A stretch of 64,000 nucleotides of DNA from Camelus dromedarius. Its lineage: Eukaryota. Below the pieces are notes generated by a model that was not told where the DNA came from, searched no databases, and was given only the letters and a program-made list of their open reading frames with translations. This document shows positions 24,307-37,930 of this stretch, piece after piece; the first letter of the stretch is position 1, and every line of letters starts with the position of its first letter. The stretch covers positions 15,564,001 through 15,628,000 of the forward strand of contig NC_087437.1 in the NCBI RefSeq assembly GCF_036321535.1. Reading direction: 5' to 3'. Position numbers and translations under genes: made by a program.

Positions 24307-25479
24307 GTATGGAAACTTTCTGATCTTACTAGTTTATTTAGTTTGATTTTATTTTTTATTTTAAGGCAGAGAACCGTGGAGTTTCTTTCCCTTCTTTTTA
24401 CTGGTTCTCTATCTTAAGTACCCTTTGTTATTCTCATGTATTTCTGTCTTACGGTTTTGCTCATGAAGACAGTCAGCCACAACTACTTTTCAAAATGCAT
24501 CTTATGAAATATAAATGATAGGTATTCATTTCTTTTTAGCCCAAATTGGAAATTCCCTTCCTGCCTTTTTCAGAGAGGATCAATTTTGTATTGGAATGAT
24601 TGGCTCAAAGAGTATCTCTGCCTGCCAAAACAGTCCTGAGGCATAGACAGTGAGGAGGGAAAAAGGAACTGTGGGAAGGCGGTGGGTGGAGGCGGAGGAA
24701 GGAATTGCATCCAATGTGTCTAGAAAACAGACTGGGTGCCACACGGAGGCAGGGGCTGCCCCTCGACACGGGGCGGTGCTGGCCGCCTGGCCGTTCCTGC
24801 AGCTGCTGAGAGGACTCCACTCCGTCGTCTTGTGTGCCTTCTGTGCTGAAGGGCTCGCCTCTGGCCATGCCTTCCCATCACCCTCCCGTGGTCCTGTACC
24901 TGTGGAAAGTTCAGTATTTTTGACTTTTTAGTGTGCCAGCTAGTCCATGGGAAGGTTTTCTTTTAGTTTAGTTGTCAAAATAAATTTTGAAAACCAAAAC
25001 ATTCCTGACAACTAACTTTCTTCCTAAGTTTGTCTGCAAAACTTACTTGGCACTAAAACCTGACCTGGCCTGAACTGAAATGATGTGATAATATGTACAG
25101 ACTTTATTTATCCCACTTAGCATCTTACTTTGAAATATCAATGTGTTTGATTATGGAGAGTTACCACAGACTCCACCAGGGCAGCACACATGCTAGTGCT
25201 CACAAGTCACGGCTTCTGTGTTCGCACATTTGCCCTCTCCCTGAGTGGTTTGTAGCCCCTGATCAGCACTCATCAGCACTTCCAGTCATTCATGGACACG
25301 TACAGAGCCGCAGCACATTTGAGTCCCTGGGCTCACGTGTCCAGCTGAGGTTGTCCAAGGTGGCGCTCTTGTTTCCGCCTTTGTATTGAGGTGCCCAGAG
25401 GATGGTGCCGCTGGTGGCAACGCAGGGTTGTGCAAGGAGCTCAGACACGGGGGCTGAACAGGGTTTGAACCCCAACTCT

Positions 25480-25620
25480 GGCCCTCTAGTGGGGTGGCCT
25501 CAGGCAGGTCACTAAATTCTCTGAGCCTTGTTTTCTCTTTTGTAAAAAAAGGAAAATAGAATCTACTGGGGTGAGTTTGTAGGATTTAGGATTAAAATCT
25601 ATGTGAAGTGTATGTGTGTG
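25480..25620 (+). mobile_element. MIR fragment
   Basis: MIR core-like ggcaggtcactaaattctctgagccttgttttctc. Confidence 0.6.
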
Positions 25621-26182
25621 TGTGTATTTTTCCCATAAGAGCAAAAATAACTACTGTAATTGAGGATCAACTGAACATGGTACACGTGACCTTTCCAAAA
25701 TCTGAATTCTGAAACCAAAAGTCTCACGTAAGGGACTGTGGACTGAAATTTTGGAGGAGGGAAACTACTGATTTAACTGGTATCTAATTTATTATAGTAG
25801 ATCTCCTGTGCTGTAAAATGAAAGTAACATTCAGCTTTTAAAAATGAGTTTGAAGTAACAGGCATTAAATTTATCTATTCTGGGGTATAGAAGGATGTCC
25901 AAGTCTAACCCGAGAGAGTCTTCAGACCAGTAACTAGCGTCTCACAGCTGCATGGCACTTTACACTTGCGCAGCTTGTGTCAGGAAGGAGGAAGAGACCT
26001 GTGTTAATTCTCACAGAGTGTTTTTTAAACTGCTCATCATAGGATAGAAACAGATACCTCTTCAGAGGAAAGTATTTTTTAAAAATCACCTTTTAATATT
26101 GCTAGTTAGAAAACACCATGAACAATGTGTCTTAGAAACATACTGCTCAACTTACATATGTCCAAATGTGCTTCTCTTCCAG

Positions 26183-26341
26183 TGTCCCTTGGCCCTGTCT
26201 CCTCTTGGTTCAATAGCGACAAGGTTTTTGGAAGAGGAGGAGCTGAGGTCTCACCACATTCTAGAGCGCCTGGATGCCCACATTGAAGAACTGAAAAGAG
26301 AGAGTGAAAAGACCGTGAAACAATTCACAGCCCTAAAGTAG
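26183..26341 (+). CDS. CEP63: CEP63 last coding exon ([52 protein letters not shown])
   Basis: Boundary ttccag|TGT, ending in TAG at 26339-26341. Conserved CEP63/DEUP1-type C-terminal motif. The nine exons total 1557 nt, i.e. 518 aa plus stop. Confidence 0.96.
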   Translation, partial: CPLALSPLGSIATRFLEEEELRSHHILERLDAHIEELKRESEKTVKQFTALK

Positions 26342-26367
26342 CCTCTTAAAAAAATCACAAACTTGGA

Positions 26368-26685
26368 AATAAAAATAAACACCGAAGAGTTCCCGTCCTC
26401 ATGAAGTAGCGGCGCTTTAGAAGCAGGAACATGTGAAAATCATAAAGGTGGGACAGCTAAGGCGGCTGGGGTGGGTCTGAGAAGCTGGACTCAGCTCCAG
26501 GCTGTTTTCACTGCTCTGGTTTGTTTGAAGGACTTTTTCCAGCAATGACTTGTAAATAAACTGCTTTGCTAGCCTTTTTTCTCATATTAGTATTTATTAT
26601 CATAAAATGATACTTTCTCTTGCTGACTTAAATGTGAATATAGACTAATTAAAATAAAAATTTTATGATACATGTTGAAAATAAA
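26368..26685 (+). terminator. CEP63: CEP63 polyadenylation signal cluster
   Basis: AATAAA at 26368, 26374, 26555, 26653 and 26680, all downstream of the stop codon. Confidence 0.7.
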
Positions 26686-27079
26686 GTACCCATGGGAACT
26701 TCCTTTGAGGCCAGTATATGTAGTGCAAGTGTGGATTTCAGAGGCAGTGACCCAGGTTGGTTTACTGGTTCTGCTACCCATGAGCCAGTTGGGCGGTAGG
26801 ATGTGCACGGCTGGCCTGGGAGCTTTGACAGGAAGCCTCTTCCTCAAAACATGAGTGTAAGAGATGGGGAGGGGGCACGCCTGGGGGATGCTCAGTGGGC
26901 ATCTACATTTTCTGCTTTCCCGAGGAGAGGTTTAAGGGGAGACAAAGATCTCAAGGTGCGGGAGGCATTTGAAACCATGGAGAGTTGATCAGAACAGGAC
27001 ACCAGCATATGAGCATCACAGGATTCGATCCAGCGGAGGAGCTGGGATGTGCGCAGAGACCGGAAGGTGAGGTGTAGGG

Positions 27080-28500
27080 CTCTTGCCGGCTAGAGGGGAC
27101 ATGTGAGCCATCCTTCTCTGCGAATCTTTCCTATAGGCGTGCAGACATCCTGTGATGTCTTCTTTCTTTAAAGCAAAACAAAAGCCTCAGTTCCACACCC
27201 TGTCTGCTGCTCCATAATCCGCTACTCTGTACCTACTGCCGCACTGGCCCCCTTTCATGCAGACTCTCTGGCGAGAGCTGTCTGCAGCAACTGTTCCATT
27301 GTCTTCCTTTTTTTTTTTTAATTTTTAAATGGCTTTTTTTTAAAAAAAACACCTTTGTTGTGGGATGGTTCCTGTACAGTAAACTATGCATATTTCAGAT
27401 GTACAACATGATGAATTTTGATAACCGTATACTCCGTTGGCTTCTTAACCCTCTCCACCCGCATTTCCCTCCTCACCATGAATCTGCTCCCCTGCTCTGG
27501 AGGCGAGGTCTCCTGTGACCTCAGCAGTGCCAGAGCACCATTTCCCACAGCTGGCCTCGCCCTCTTCCTCTCTTGGCTTCTGTCACCTGACACTCCTACC
27601 CACTGGCCACTCCTTCTCATTCTCCTCTTTTCGCTTTTCCTCTTCGAAAGGCTCCCTCCCCTCTAGTTCCCTCTGTAGGCCAGTGACCCCTACATTCAAA
27701 ACTAATATCGGCCTCTCCCTGGAGCTGCTGCCTTGGGTATCTAGCTCCTTACAGAATTTCTTCACTTCAATGTCTGATAAGCATCTTAGGTTGAACATTT
27801 CCAAGAGAGAGAGCTCTTGATTCTGGCTCTTGCTTAGATTCCATGCAGGACAGCATCACGTTTGCCAGTTGCTAGGAGCTATCTTTACTTCCGTCCTTAC
27901 CCACACCGCCATATCCAAGCCATCGGGAGGGCCTGTCAGCCCTGCCTCCTGTCTCAGGTCCAACCGTTGCCCTCCTCCGCTGCTTCCACCCTGATCCAAG
28001 CGAACCCGTCTCTCACTGAGATCCCGCCAGTAGCCCCCTAATTGCTACTCCTCCTCCTCCTCCTGACCCCAATAATTCACCCTCCACAGTGCCTCCAGAG
28101 TTATCCTTTAGAAATGTAAATTAAACAGTGTCACTGCTACCTCTCTTCAAAGCCTTCAGAGGCTCCTTACTGCACTCAGATTAAATCTGAATTGCTTACC
28201 GTGGCCTCCAAGGCCCTCAATATTTACAAGGCCCCCAATTCTCTGTGCCTGCCTCCATGCCCACTGGGTCACCGTTTGTCCTTGTGCTCCAGCCACTCGG
28301 CTCCTTTCTGTTTCTTGGGTGTGGCCAGCTTTAACCCATTAGGTCCTCACGCTTGCTGTTGACCTGGAGTCCCTTTCTCTCTCCTCACCCGGGATTGGCA
28401 TTTTCTCCCAAAGCTGCTTCTCCCAGTTTCTCTTGCTCACTGCCCTGAGTTACTTCTCTCATAGTGCTCACTACTTTCAGAAATCATTTGTTACTTGAAA
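27080..28500. mobile_element. LINE-2 fragments with a small L1 3' piece at about 27310-27440
   Basis: L2-like motifs (atgtctgataagcatcttaggttgaacatttcc; gctccttactgcactcagattaaatctgaa). Confidence 0.6.
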
Positions 28501-29699
28501 TACGTTTTTATTGCCTATTCTGCCTTTAGAAGTGAGCTCCTGGAGGGGAAGGACTCTGCCGGTCTGTTCATGGTGGGGCCCCCATCTCCCCACACAAGCC
28601 CAGCACTCGGAGGTGCATAAATGTCCTTCCTCAGAGGCACCGCGTTTTCCCTCTGCCTCTGCATATGCTGTCCCTTGGGCCAGCCCCCCTCTTCCCACAT
28701 GCTCCCACCTGCCCTTTATCTTGCTTGGCAAAGCTTTCCCACATCCCATGGGGAGCGTCTCCTCATTTCCCACAGTGCCCTGTGTGTGCACCTCTCAAAG
28801 CACTAACCACCCTGAGCTTTCTCTTCAGTTTCTGTCTCTCCCACTGAACTGAGAACTCCTTAAAAGCAAGAGCCATCCTCAGTCAGCATGCTGCAGCATA
28901 CTAAGCAAATACTAGGTGGATGAGAATCACCTCCATTCTGGCTTTCACTGTATTGACCTGCAAAATGGGGGTAATACTGAAAGTATATATCTGAAAGGAC
29001 TTTGCGGACTTCAAAAATACTGAATCAGTGTGGACTGGTATGAGGGGATTTTTGAGTTTCAGACTGTCCCAAGCTTTCACTTAAAACCATAGGGTACAGC
29101 CCCTGCTTTCTTTCTGGAAAGTTCGTAGTACTTGTTGACTGGGAGAACAGTCACTGGAAATACTTAAGGAATCATGATGTACTATGTACTTCCTTACATT
29201 TATACTGTGTTATTTAAAGTTGAATAGTTAACCAATTGTCTGAATTTTATTGGAACATTTGATTGTAATTTAATCTCTCAACTTCTTTTTTCAGAAAGAT
29301 ATGCCAAATATCAAAATGTGTCCAAATTAAATTTGAGTTAGTTTCTTCATACTTCTGCTATCGGGGTGTCCAAATTAGCTGAAAAGGGTGCTGAAGTCTG
29401 CTTGTGGTGTTTTCAGATAATGTTTTAGGTGAGTTCTCTCATTCTTCTTGGCCTGTATTCCCAGTGAAGTTTTGTCTCGATTTCTGTGCAGATTTTAGCT
29501 AAAGAAGACAAAGTTGAGTTCCCACTGTGGTTGGACATGACCTTTCCGTGGAGTCTCATTTGATCTCAACTAGTCTGGGAGGCAGCGGGTGTCACTGCAC
29601 CCATGTGACAGGATTCAGGTGGCTTGCCCAGGGTCCCAGAGCCCTAGCTCTTTCCAGCAGCACCTTGGGATAGAGATTATGGACTCTCTGACAACCCTT

Positions 29700-29880
29700 T
29701 TCCTAGTTCTGCCACTTACAAACTCTGTGACCTCAGGCAAGTTAATTAACCTCTTTGTGCCTCAGTTTTCTTACTTATAAAGTGGGGAAATAAAAATCAA
29801 ATCATACCTACCTTGTAGGGTTTGTGAAGATTTGTATTTGCAAAGCATTTAGAACAGGGCCTGGCCTAGTAAGCACTGGG
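29700..29880 (+). mobile_element. MIR SINE
   Basis: Clear MIR core: tgtgacctcaggcaagttaattaacctctttgtgcctcagttttc...aaagcatttagaacagggcctggc. Confidence 0.85.
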
Positions 29881-31074
29881 AAAGGATCTTGTCGAATAGA
29901 AACAATACAACACTCTGTGTTTCTGTTATGTCTGCTTCGCTGTAGAAATTCTACCTTCCCTTTTATACACACCTGGTAAACTATAGGTGATGGTTGTCTG
30001 TTTGCAAAATACCCTTGAGTCCAGCACCTGAAATGTACAGGTGAGAAAAATAACTCCAAAATAAACTCTGTCACTGAGAACAAACATTAAGCAAACAGCT
30101 GTCATGCATGGCATTTTATAGAATGCACTGCATGAGTGCAGGATGGCAGAATTAGAAAAAGAATTTTGTTGGCTTGCTCCAGAAACAGCCTGAGATAATA
30201 GTATACAAAAATGCATCAAAAAGGAACAAATGGTGGGGTCAGTTCAAAGGGGATGTGAGGGCTGTAAATGCTGATCGCAAACGAGCATCTAGTCCAGTCC
30301 ACTTGCTAGAGGCAGGCAGCAACGGCACCTCTGAGTTTTTAAGGGACAAAGCAGAGAAGAAAACATTATTTATTAAGTAAATAATGAAATTGTTACTTGT
30401 TAATTATTACAAAAAACGCCATGTGTTCAAGAGAAGCACTCTTTCTCGGTGTGTGTACGGACACAGCATTTTCGTAACTTTGAATGAGGAGTGTACAGCT
30501 TCCTTACAGGGGGCCCCAGTGCGAGCTGATGGCACAAAGCTGCAGTGTTATCTAGATGAACCAGTTCTCAGAGGTCCCAAACACAGTGGTGGAAAGCTCT
30601 CATGGCCTGGCTTGATCAAAGAGGGACATGGGCTGTAGACCTTTAAAGCAATCTTCTGTAAAAGCTATTTCTCCATAGTGCAACTTTAATAATTTGAACA
30701 GCACAGTTCACTCTGTTTCTCTCTGTGGGAACCTAGAATTTGGGAAACTTACGTTGCTCATTAAATCCAGTTTCAACTAATTTGACAATCCAATCAGAAG
30801 TGGGTTTCTGCTCTTATGAAAAGAAAGAAACTTGAATGGCAGAAGACCCAGGAACTCCCTGATATTAAATGCAGGGAGAGGATTCATAGTTTCTACAAGA
30901 TTTTCAAGATATCTGTGAGCCAAAAAGAGATTAAGAACCACAATTTTAGGGCCTGAAATTCTCCCAGAATAGTGTTCCGTTTCCTGGGGAGAGATACAAA
31001 ATTGGAGGAGCCCAACCAGTTCCTACTGGGGCTGAGTCTGAAAGTGCAGTTGAATAGTCATTAAAAATTCAAGC

Positions 31075-32216
31075 TTTTCAATAATAAAGAAACAACCCAA
31101 TTTAAAAGTGGGCAGAGGATCTGAATGGACTTTTCTCTAAAGAATATTCAAATGGCTAATAAGCACATGAAAAGATGTTCTAAACCCTTCACACCCCCTG
31201 TAATAAAAAAGATGGACAATGACCAGTGTTGATGAGGATGTGGAGAAATTGGAATTGGAACAATCATACGTTGCTGATGGGAATGTAAAATGTTTCAGTT
31301 ACTTTGGAAAACAATTCGGCAGTTCCTCAAAAAGTTTAATTTTGATTTATCATCTTACCCAGCAATACCAAGCTTAGATACACACCCAGGCTCAATGAAA
31401 ACATAACGTCCACACAAAGAATTGCATGCAAATGGAAAACATATGTCCACACAAAGAGTTGCACATGAATATTCAAAGTGGCATTTTTTATAATAGCTCC
31501 AAAATGGAAAAAAAAAAAAAACCCCTAAATGTCCATCAACTGATGAATGGATAAACAAAAGTGGTATATCTCTACAATGGAATATTACTTGGGAATAAAA
31601 AAAGACTGAAGTGCTGATGCTACAACATGGATGAAACCTGAAAACGTTATGCTCAGTGAAAGAAGACAGTCACAAAAACCACATATATGTGTGATTCCAC
31701 TCATATGAAGTGTCCATGATAGGCAAATCTGTAAAGACAGAACATAGTTGCTAATTGCCTAGGGCTGGGGTGGGGTATGGCAGGATTGAGGGTGAAGACT
31801 AAAGGGGGTGGGTTTTTTCTTTGGGGATTATAAAGACACAGTTTACAATCTTATGGTTACCGGGGGGGAAAGGAGTGGGAAAGGCTATATTTGGGAGTTC
31901 GAGATTTGCAAATATTAACTACTATATATAAAAATAGATTAAAAATTTTTTTCTGCATAGCACAGGGAATTATATTCAATATCTTGTAATAACCTTTAAT
32001 GAAAAAGTGTATGAAAACGACTATGTATATGCATGACATTATGCTGTACACCAGAAATTGATACATGGTAACTGACTATACTTCAGTTTTTTAAAAAATG
32101 GGGGAAAAAGTTGATTGTGGTGATGGTTGCACAGCTCTGAATATAGCATAGCTAAAAATCACTGAATTGTACATTTTAGGTGGGTGAATTATATCTTAAA
32201 GCTCTTATCAAAAAAA
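31075..32216 (+). mobile_element. Older L1 3' end (L1MB/MC-like) interrupted by a younger L1
   Basis: Motifs aacaacccaatttaaaagtgggc and aaatgtccatcaactgatgaatggataaacaaa; the element resumes at about 32110 (gattgtggtgatggttgcaca). Confidence 0.85.
31845..32098 (+). mobile_element. Younger lineage-specific L1 3' end nested in the older L1
   Basis: cttatggttacc...tagcacagggaattatattcaatatcttgtaataacc...tgactatacttca; homologous to the 3'UTR at 19460-19600. Confidence 0.8.
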
Positions 32217-32970
32217 GCCTCTGATGCACAGCAATACCTAAAAAAGAATTCAAGTGTATACTCAGAAAACATCACAGCACATACAGTGCACGCTATTCTA
32301 CAATTTCATATTTTCCACTCTTAGTTCACACTCGGAAGTAACAGGGGACCCCTCTTTAGAGGGTGGTGATCAAGTTCTGTCTGAATAATCTCTTATGGGG
32401 GCCAGTTCTGCACCGAGACACGGACGGTAAGGGATTTGCCAGGAGCTGGGCGCACGGAGGGCTCCTGCTGTCTCTCCAGTGGAGCACAGGCTCATGCTGC
32501 CCGCCGGGGGCAGTCTCCAGGATGATGGAGGACCCTGGCAGCAACATCTGTCCTAATCAGCCAGGCAGAGTTTCTCGGCTAAGTATATTATATGGAGGGG
32601 CTGCAGGAACGCTTGGCAGTATCTCAGAGGTTAGAGGAGGACTGTTGACAGAACGTTGTAGACAGGGTTCCAGACCACTGATGGGGAAGTGTGGGAATAC
32701 GGACTGTGCCCTAAGACTGCTTGGCAAGTTCCCCCATATCTCCACAAGTGTGAAGGTGACACTGAGGAAGAAAAGCCAGGTACACTACATACACCTGCTC
32801 ATTTCTTCAGCTCCGGGAAGCAGAACAGCTAAATACTGTTCAACACCACTTTGCCCAGTGCTTTTCTGGGCGGCCATGCTCTGGGAGGCATCCAGTGTCC
32901 GCAGAGCTGTTCTGATCCCCATGGCGCTGGCTTGGGAAAGAGTGAAGGCCTCTCGGTGGGCCATCTCTTG

Positions 32971-33671
32971 GATCTCTGGAAAATAGTTTGAGAAATGTGG
33001 ATTTAAGGAACGACTTAACCTAGGAATATACATATAAGTACATGGTATTGTTGAACTGTGTGTTAGTGTCAGACCTTTTTGGAGCAAAACACAGAGATCA
33101 GCTGATGTCAGTCCACAGATGCCCCTGATGTATAGTATAAACTGAAACAACTCACCAGTGGGAATCTTTCTGCAATCTAGGACATGCATTTCAGTTCCTC
33201 AGCCTAAAATGAAATGCCACAAACAAGGCGTTTTCTACCAATTTGTCCCTTCAGCCATGGTTGAGCACAGCCCTTGCTCCCAGCAGGAGCATGTCCTCCA
33301 AATGTGCAGGTCCCCATGTAACCCGACAGAGTGGTGGCTGGGGCAGGAGCCCTGCGGCTTCCCCAGTGATTCTCCTCCTGGCTGACAGCCCTCTCAGCCC
33401 AGCATGGAACCCTGGCAGCAGCCTGTTCATATTAATAAATCTTGGACCGTGAGCAAAGGATGGGAAGGTTCTGAATCTGTGATATAATCAACCTGATCCT
33501 TCTTGCATGAGGTGCCATTTGTGGACTAACAAGGTATCCCTTGGTCTCTTTATTTTGCTCCAAAAAAGGTCTAACACTAACATATGGTTTAACAACATCA
33601 TGCAATTCCAGTATTTTCCCAGGTTAAGTCATTCCTTAAATCCACATTTCTCAAACTGTTTCCCAGAGATC
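32971..33671. repeat. Long imperfect inverted repeat (arms about 32971-33130 and 33506-33671, spacer about 375 nt)
   Basis: Manual reverse-complement alignment: outer block 56/61 identical, middle block 50/60 plus one gap, and a weaker inner block. Confidence 0.9.
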
Positions 33672-33876
33672 TGAAATTTTTTAGAGTGTTAGTAAGTGCT
33701 CCTTAGAAATGTGCAAAGCAGAACAGAAAAGGCTGCATGTCATACCCCCTGCCCCCAGCCCCGGGCCAGGATAGAACTGCCCCTCTCCCTCCTGCCGGCC
33801 ATGACCCCTCCATCCTTTTCCCTGATGGCCTCCCTTGGGCTTCCCAAATCACTGGGAGCTGGTGGCCATAGACGCT

Positions 33877-34360
33877 TAGTGGTTCTTAACCTTTTGTGTG
33901 CCAGAGGCTTCTTTGGCGGAGTAGAAAAACCTATGGACCTCTCAGACTATTGACTAAGTGCACAAAATAAAATCCACAGTGTTAAAAGGGAAACCAGTTA
34001 TATTGGCATTTAGTCATCAAAACCCAAGAATAAACAAATTTGTAATAAAGTGTTATATGCGCCTCTTTATTAACTCATTAATAATGAGACTGAGTGCAAC
34101 GATGCCTGAAAATAATGCTTGGAGGTGTCTGCCAACACCTGTAGTGAGATGTGAGAGCACCTGTGGTTTCTACTGGGACAAAGCCCCAGGTACTGCTGGC
34201 AGTGCTGTGGTTTCTGGTCTAGACGCCCAATGGAATGAAAACTAACTTTCAGTTAGAGCTTACTGAGAATAAGGATGTCAAGGTTTCCCATCCAAGTTCA
34301 CGGAGACTTAAATTCTCTCCTCAGACCCCTTGTAGGGGATCTGTGGACTCCAGGTAAATG
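33877..34360 (+). mobile_element. hAT-Charlie non-autonomous DNA transposon (MER119-like)
   Basis: Starts tagtggttcttaaccttttgtgtgcc, contains aaagggaaaccagttatattg, ends gtggactccaggtaaatga; resembles my recollection of the MER119 consensus. Confidence 0.7.
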
Positions 34361-37300
34361 ATTTAGAGGCTCGGTGCTTATTTATGCTTTACCTTATATC
34401 TGGTCAGTCTGGTTCTACGTGAACTTTCACTTGTGTCGTGAGGGAGGCATTTGTGCTTAGTGTCACCTGTGGTTCTAAAAACTGAGTCTTTAAATGGATG
34501 AGATCACAAACCAACTTATCCATTATTCATGGAGTGCCTTTGGGCATCTTGGAAAACCAGCATTATGCACGTGACAGATCAGAGGCTCCCACCTGGGTTA
34601 CCGGGGACCCTGGGTTCTTAGATGCCCTCCGCATATCAGGCAGCCAGGTCAAGCCTGGGATGGTCAGAGTTCCTGGCCTGGGACTCTTAGAGAAAAGCTA
34701 GGTTTGGTCAAGCAGCCCACAGTCCCTATAAGTGACAAACCCAATGAGTGACATCCTGGGCTCGTTGCATATGATCAAGGAAAAGCTGGACCACTTGGAC
34801 ATCTCCTTCAACAGAGCTGCAGAGGGTCCCGCTGTCCACTGTGGACAAGGAGCCCATGACAACAGCAGGAGCTGATGCTCTGTGCACCCAGGCAGAATTT
34901 TGTAGCCCAAGCGCAGCCACCTGGGGACTGGGGACAAGGGGCAGGAGGAGGGTGGCTGGTGCAGGGAGGCCAGATGGAATTCCGGTGGGGACAACTCTAG
35001 TGGTCCTGAATTCTGTCTTCACAAAGTAATCCAGTAGTCCCTGAATCTCAAGTCATGCATTTTGGGCCCCTGGCCTAAAATTAAATCTTACAAACAAGGC
35101 AAACATTTTATCCAGCAATGGTCAGTTAATCGTAGCTCTCTATTGCGTACCCTGCCACCCCTCACCCCAAGCCAGCTACAAGAAACAGAAGCTCCCCAAA
35201 TTAGTGTTTCTCATACTATATTGGTTGATCAAAAATGTTTTATTGGATTCAAAATCTGTCCATACTTCAGCAATAAATTTGTCATTTAAAGAAGAGGAAT
35301 TGCAATTGGAGTCTCTAAATACATTTTATAATTTTCGAATTAATATTGTAAAGGAAAATTATCATTACTTTGCAAAGTTTCTCATCAAAGTGGACTAGGA
35401 AGAATTGAAAGACATTGTTAACCAGAAGCATCTTGATCAGGAATTTTTTTTAACAATTTCTAGCATAAATCCTGACACAAAAAGTTAAGATCGTGAAAGA
35501 AAAGTCTGGGTTTTCATTAAAATATTTGAGCAGATCTTACCAGTTTTATATAAATTCAGTGTCTTTCCTAATACTTTCATTTTATTTTTATCATCATAAT
35601 TATGTACTGCAGAGAAAATGTAATGAATTTTGTTCCCTATAGATAGCCTTGAATCCTCCCCAGTTTACCCAAGAGGGTTGTGCAAATATTATTGTCTATG
35701 CTTTTCATGGGAAGGCCTCCCTTAAATGCTCAGCCAGGAGACAAGAGGGCCTCGGTGGCCAGGGAGGGCCTGGCCTGGCTGCCTGGTAGGCTGCCCTTCC
35801 TCCTCTTCCTTCATGCCTGAGCTAAAATATTTCTGCAGTTAATGCGTTTTGATTAATGGTTAAACGTATCTGGGCTACTCAGATGACAGTGCATCCATTT
35901 ATTCATTCATTCATCAAATATTTAACCAAGCAAACTCCGTATCTTAGAAGTCTGAGCTCCTGCGATTCCCTGAAGATGCTGGCAATACAGAGCCCGGCTC
36001 CCTTCTTGCTCTCAGAACCTCTGACAAGTGTGCACAGTGGGGCTACTAGCACACCTGCGCCCTTAAGCAGTCTGCATCACTGAGGCAGCCCCAGTGCCCA
36101 GGGTGACAGGCCAAGGGAAGCAGTCTAAGAGCAGAGAGGGAGGCCTCAAAGCCAGTTGGCCACTTAGCAGCTGTACGCCCTTGGGCAGTTTCTTCATACG
36201 CAGAACATGGACTCTGATTCTCGCTCAGTGAGGTCAGGTGAGACGCCAAATAGGGAAGAGAATCAAAAAGCTGTAGATGAGGCCTTGCAGGTAACATCTG
36301 TTACCCAAGAGGGGCAGAAGGAAAGCATCCACTCAAGGCTGGGCAGCTGACCTTGGTCTGAGGGTTTGGGAGACGGTCAGTGGGGCAGGCGTGGGTAACC
36401 TGAGCAGCGCCCATCCAAAGGGAGCGCTGCAACTTGGTCCCCTGTGGAGATGTTCACTGGCTTCTTAGGGCAAGTCACCAGTCAGATACTAATGTGGTTT
36501 TCCTGATTTTTAAGTGTAGGCACTAATTAACAGTGTGCAGGCTGCAAAGCAGGTTTACAACCTCTGCCCACACAGCATAGGGGTGATAAGGATGACCTGG
36601 GCTGGGGTCTATCACCACAGGCATGACCCCCAGGACAGGGGTGGGGAGCTACAGGAGGATGGGCCACCTTCCCTTGCTGGCAGGGCTCTAAGGGACACCG
36701 ACACACAGCATCAGGCCACCTGCCACGGGCTCCTTCCATCCTCCATGGAGGATGGGGCTCATAGAATAGAATGACTTCCATTAAGAGCTAAAGCCATAAA
36801 ACCCCTAGAAGAAAATGGATCTTTGTGATCCTGGGTTAGGCAAAGATTATTTTTCTTAGATGGTGGCATGGATGACTTGCCCACCCTCCCAGCCAGATTT
36901 AACAAATGCCAACATTTCATCAGCTATGCTTCAAAATTCACCTAGCATACAAGATTTCTGAAAACTTCTTCGTGGCCTTTCCTAATTTCATGTCCTTTTT
37001 TTTCTGTCTTCAGAAGCAAATGCTATCCTGGTGATGGTGTTAACATTTCGCAACCATATTTTTGTCTTTGTACACAGTCACAAAGAATGTATAGCATGAT
37101 TTCAGGTACTATAATTGTATTTCTATACACTGGAAATGAATGATTAGAAACTGAAGTTAAAAACTGATACCATTTACTGCATCATGAAAAACATACTTAG
37201 AAACATACCTAACAGAACACAGGCAAGGTTCTACAAAGGTCTACTAAACATTACTGAGAGAAAGGAAGAATTTCTACCCTCCTCCTTGGAAGTGGGAGAT

Positions 37301-37709
37301 GGGAAGGGAGAACGGGGTTGGGGTGGCATCAGTTGGGTCTGTGCTGGTGGCTCAGGGCTCCTGCCGCCTGGTGGTCCTGGAATGTGACAGATGTGTTCAC
37401 AGGCCAGCGGGCAGATTGGTCAACTGCTTTAATTTAAGGCAGGCACGTAGGAGGGAGGGCCTTTCAGCAGAGGTGTCAGGTAATGTACAGCTGCCTGGTG
37501 CAGGGCTGAGCTTCTGGCCTCTGGAAGATTCTAGGAGAGGCAGGGCGGTCAAGTGTTGGAGACAGGATTTCTTCTTATTAGGCTGGAATCCATGACTGGA
37601 ATGACTTTATGAGGGGCCTGTGAGCTTCAGATTCTCCAGGGAACAACGCACAGCACATCGGTATCATCCTCATCATGCTGGTGACAACTGTGGTGTGGCA
37701 GTGGTGACC

Positions 37710-37930
37710 TCAGCGAGCACTTACTATGAGCTGGGGATGGTTCTGTTCACTTTATCCTTGTAACTCATTCAAACCTCATCAGAAACTTTCTTGGTAGGTG
37801 CTATGATTTTACTGCTGAGAAAACTAGGACAGGAGGTTCAGTAACTTGCCCACAGCAGTGCGATGTGGCACAGGGGGTGTGTAGAATCTGGGTGGCTGAC
37901 TGCGGGGTTTGTGCGTTGAACCATTGTAGC
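37710..37930 (-). mobile_element. MIR fragment
   Basis: gagcacttactatgagctgg...gagaaaactaggacaggaggttcagtaacttgcccaca. Confidence 0.65.

Noticed and set aside
32363..32986. 207-aa ORF next to the inverted repeat
   Set aside because: Non-ATG start, no recognisable homology, and no clear exon structure.
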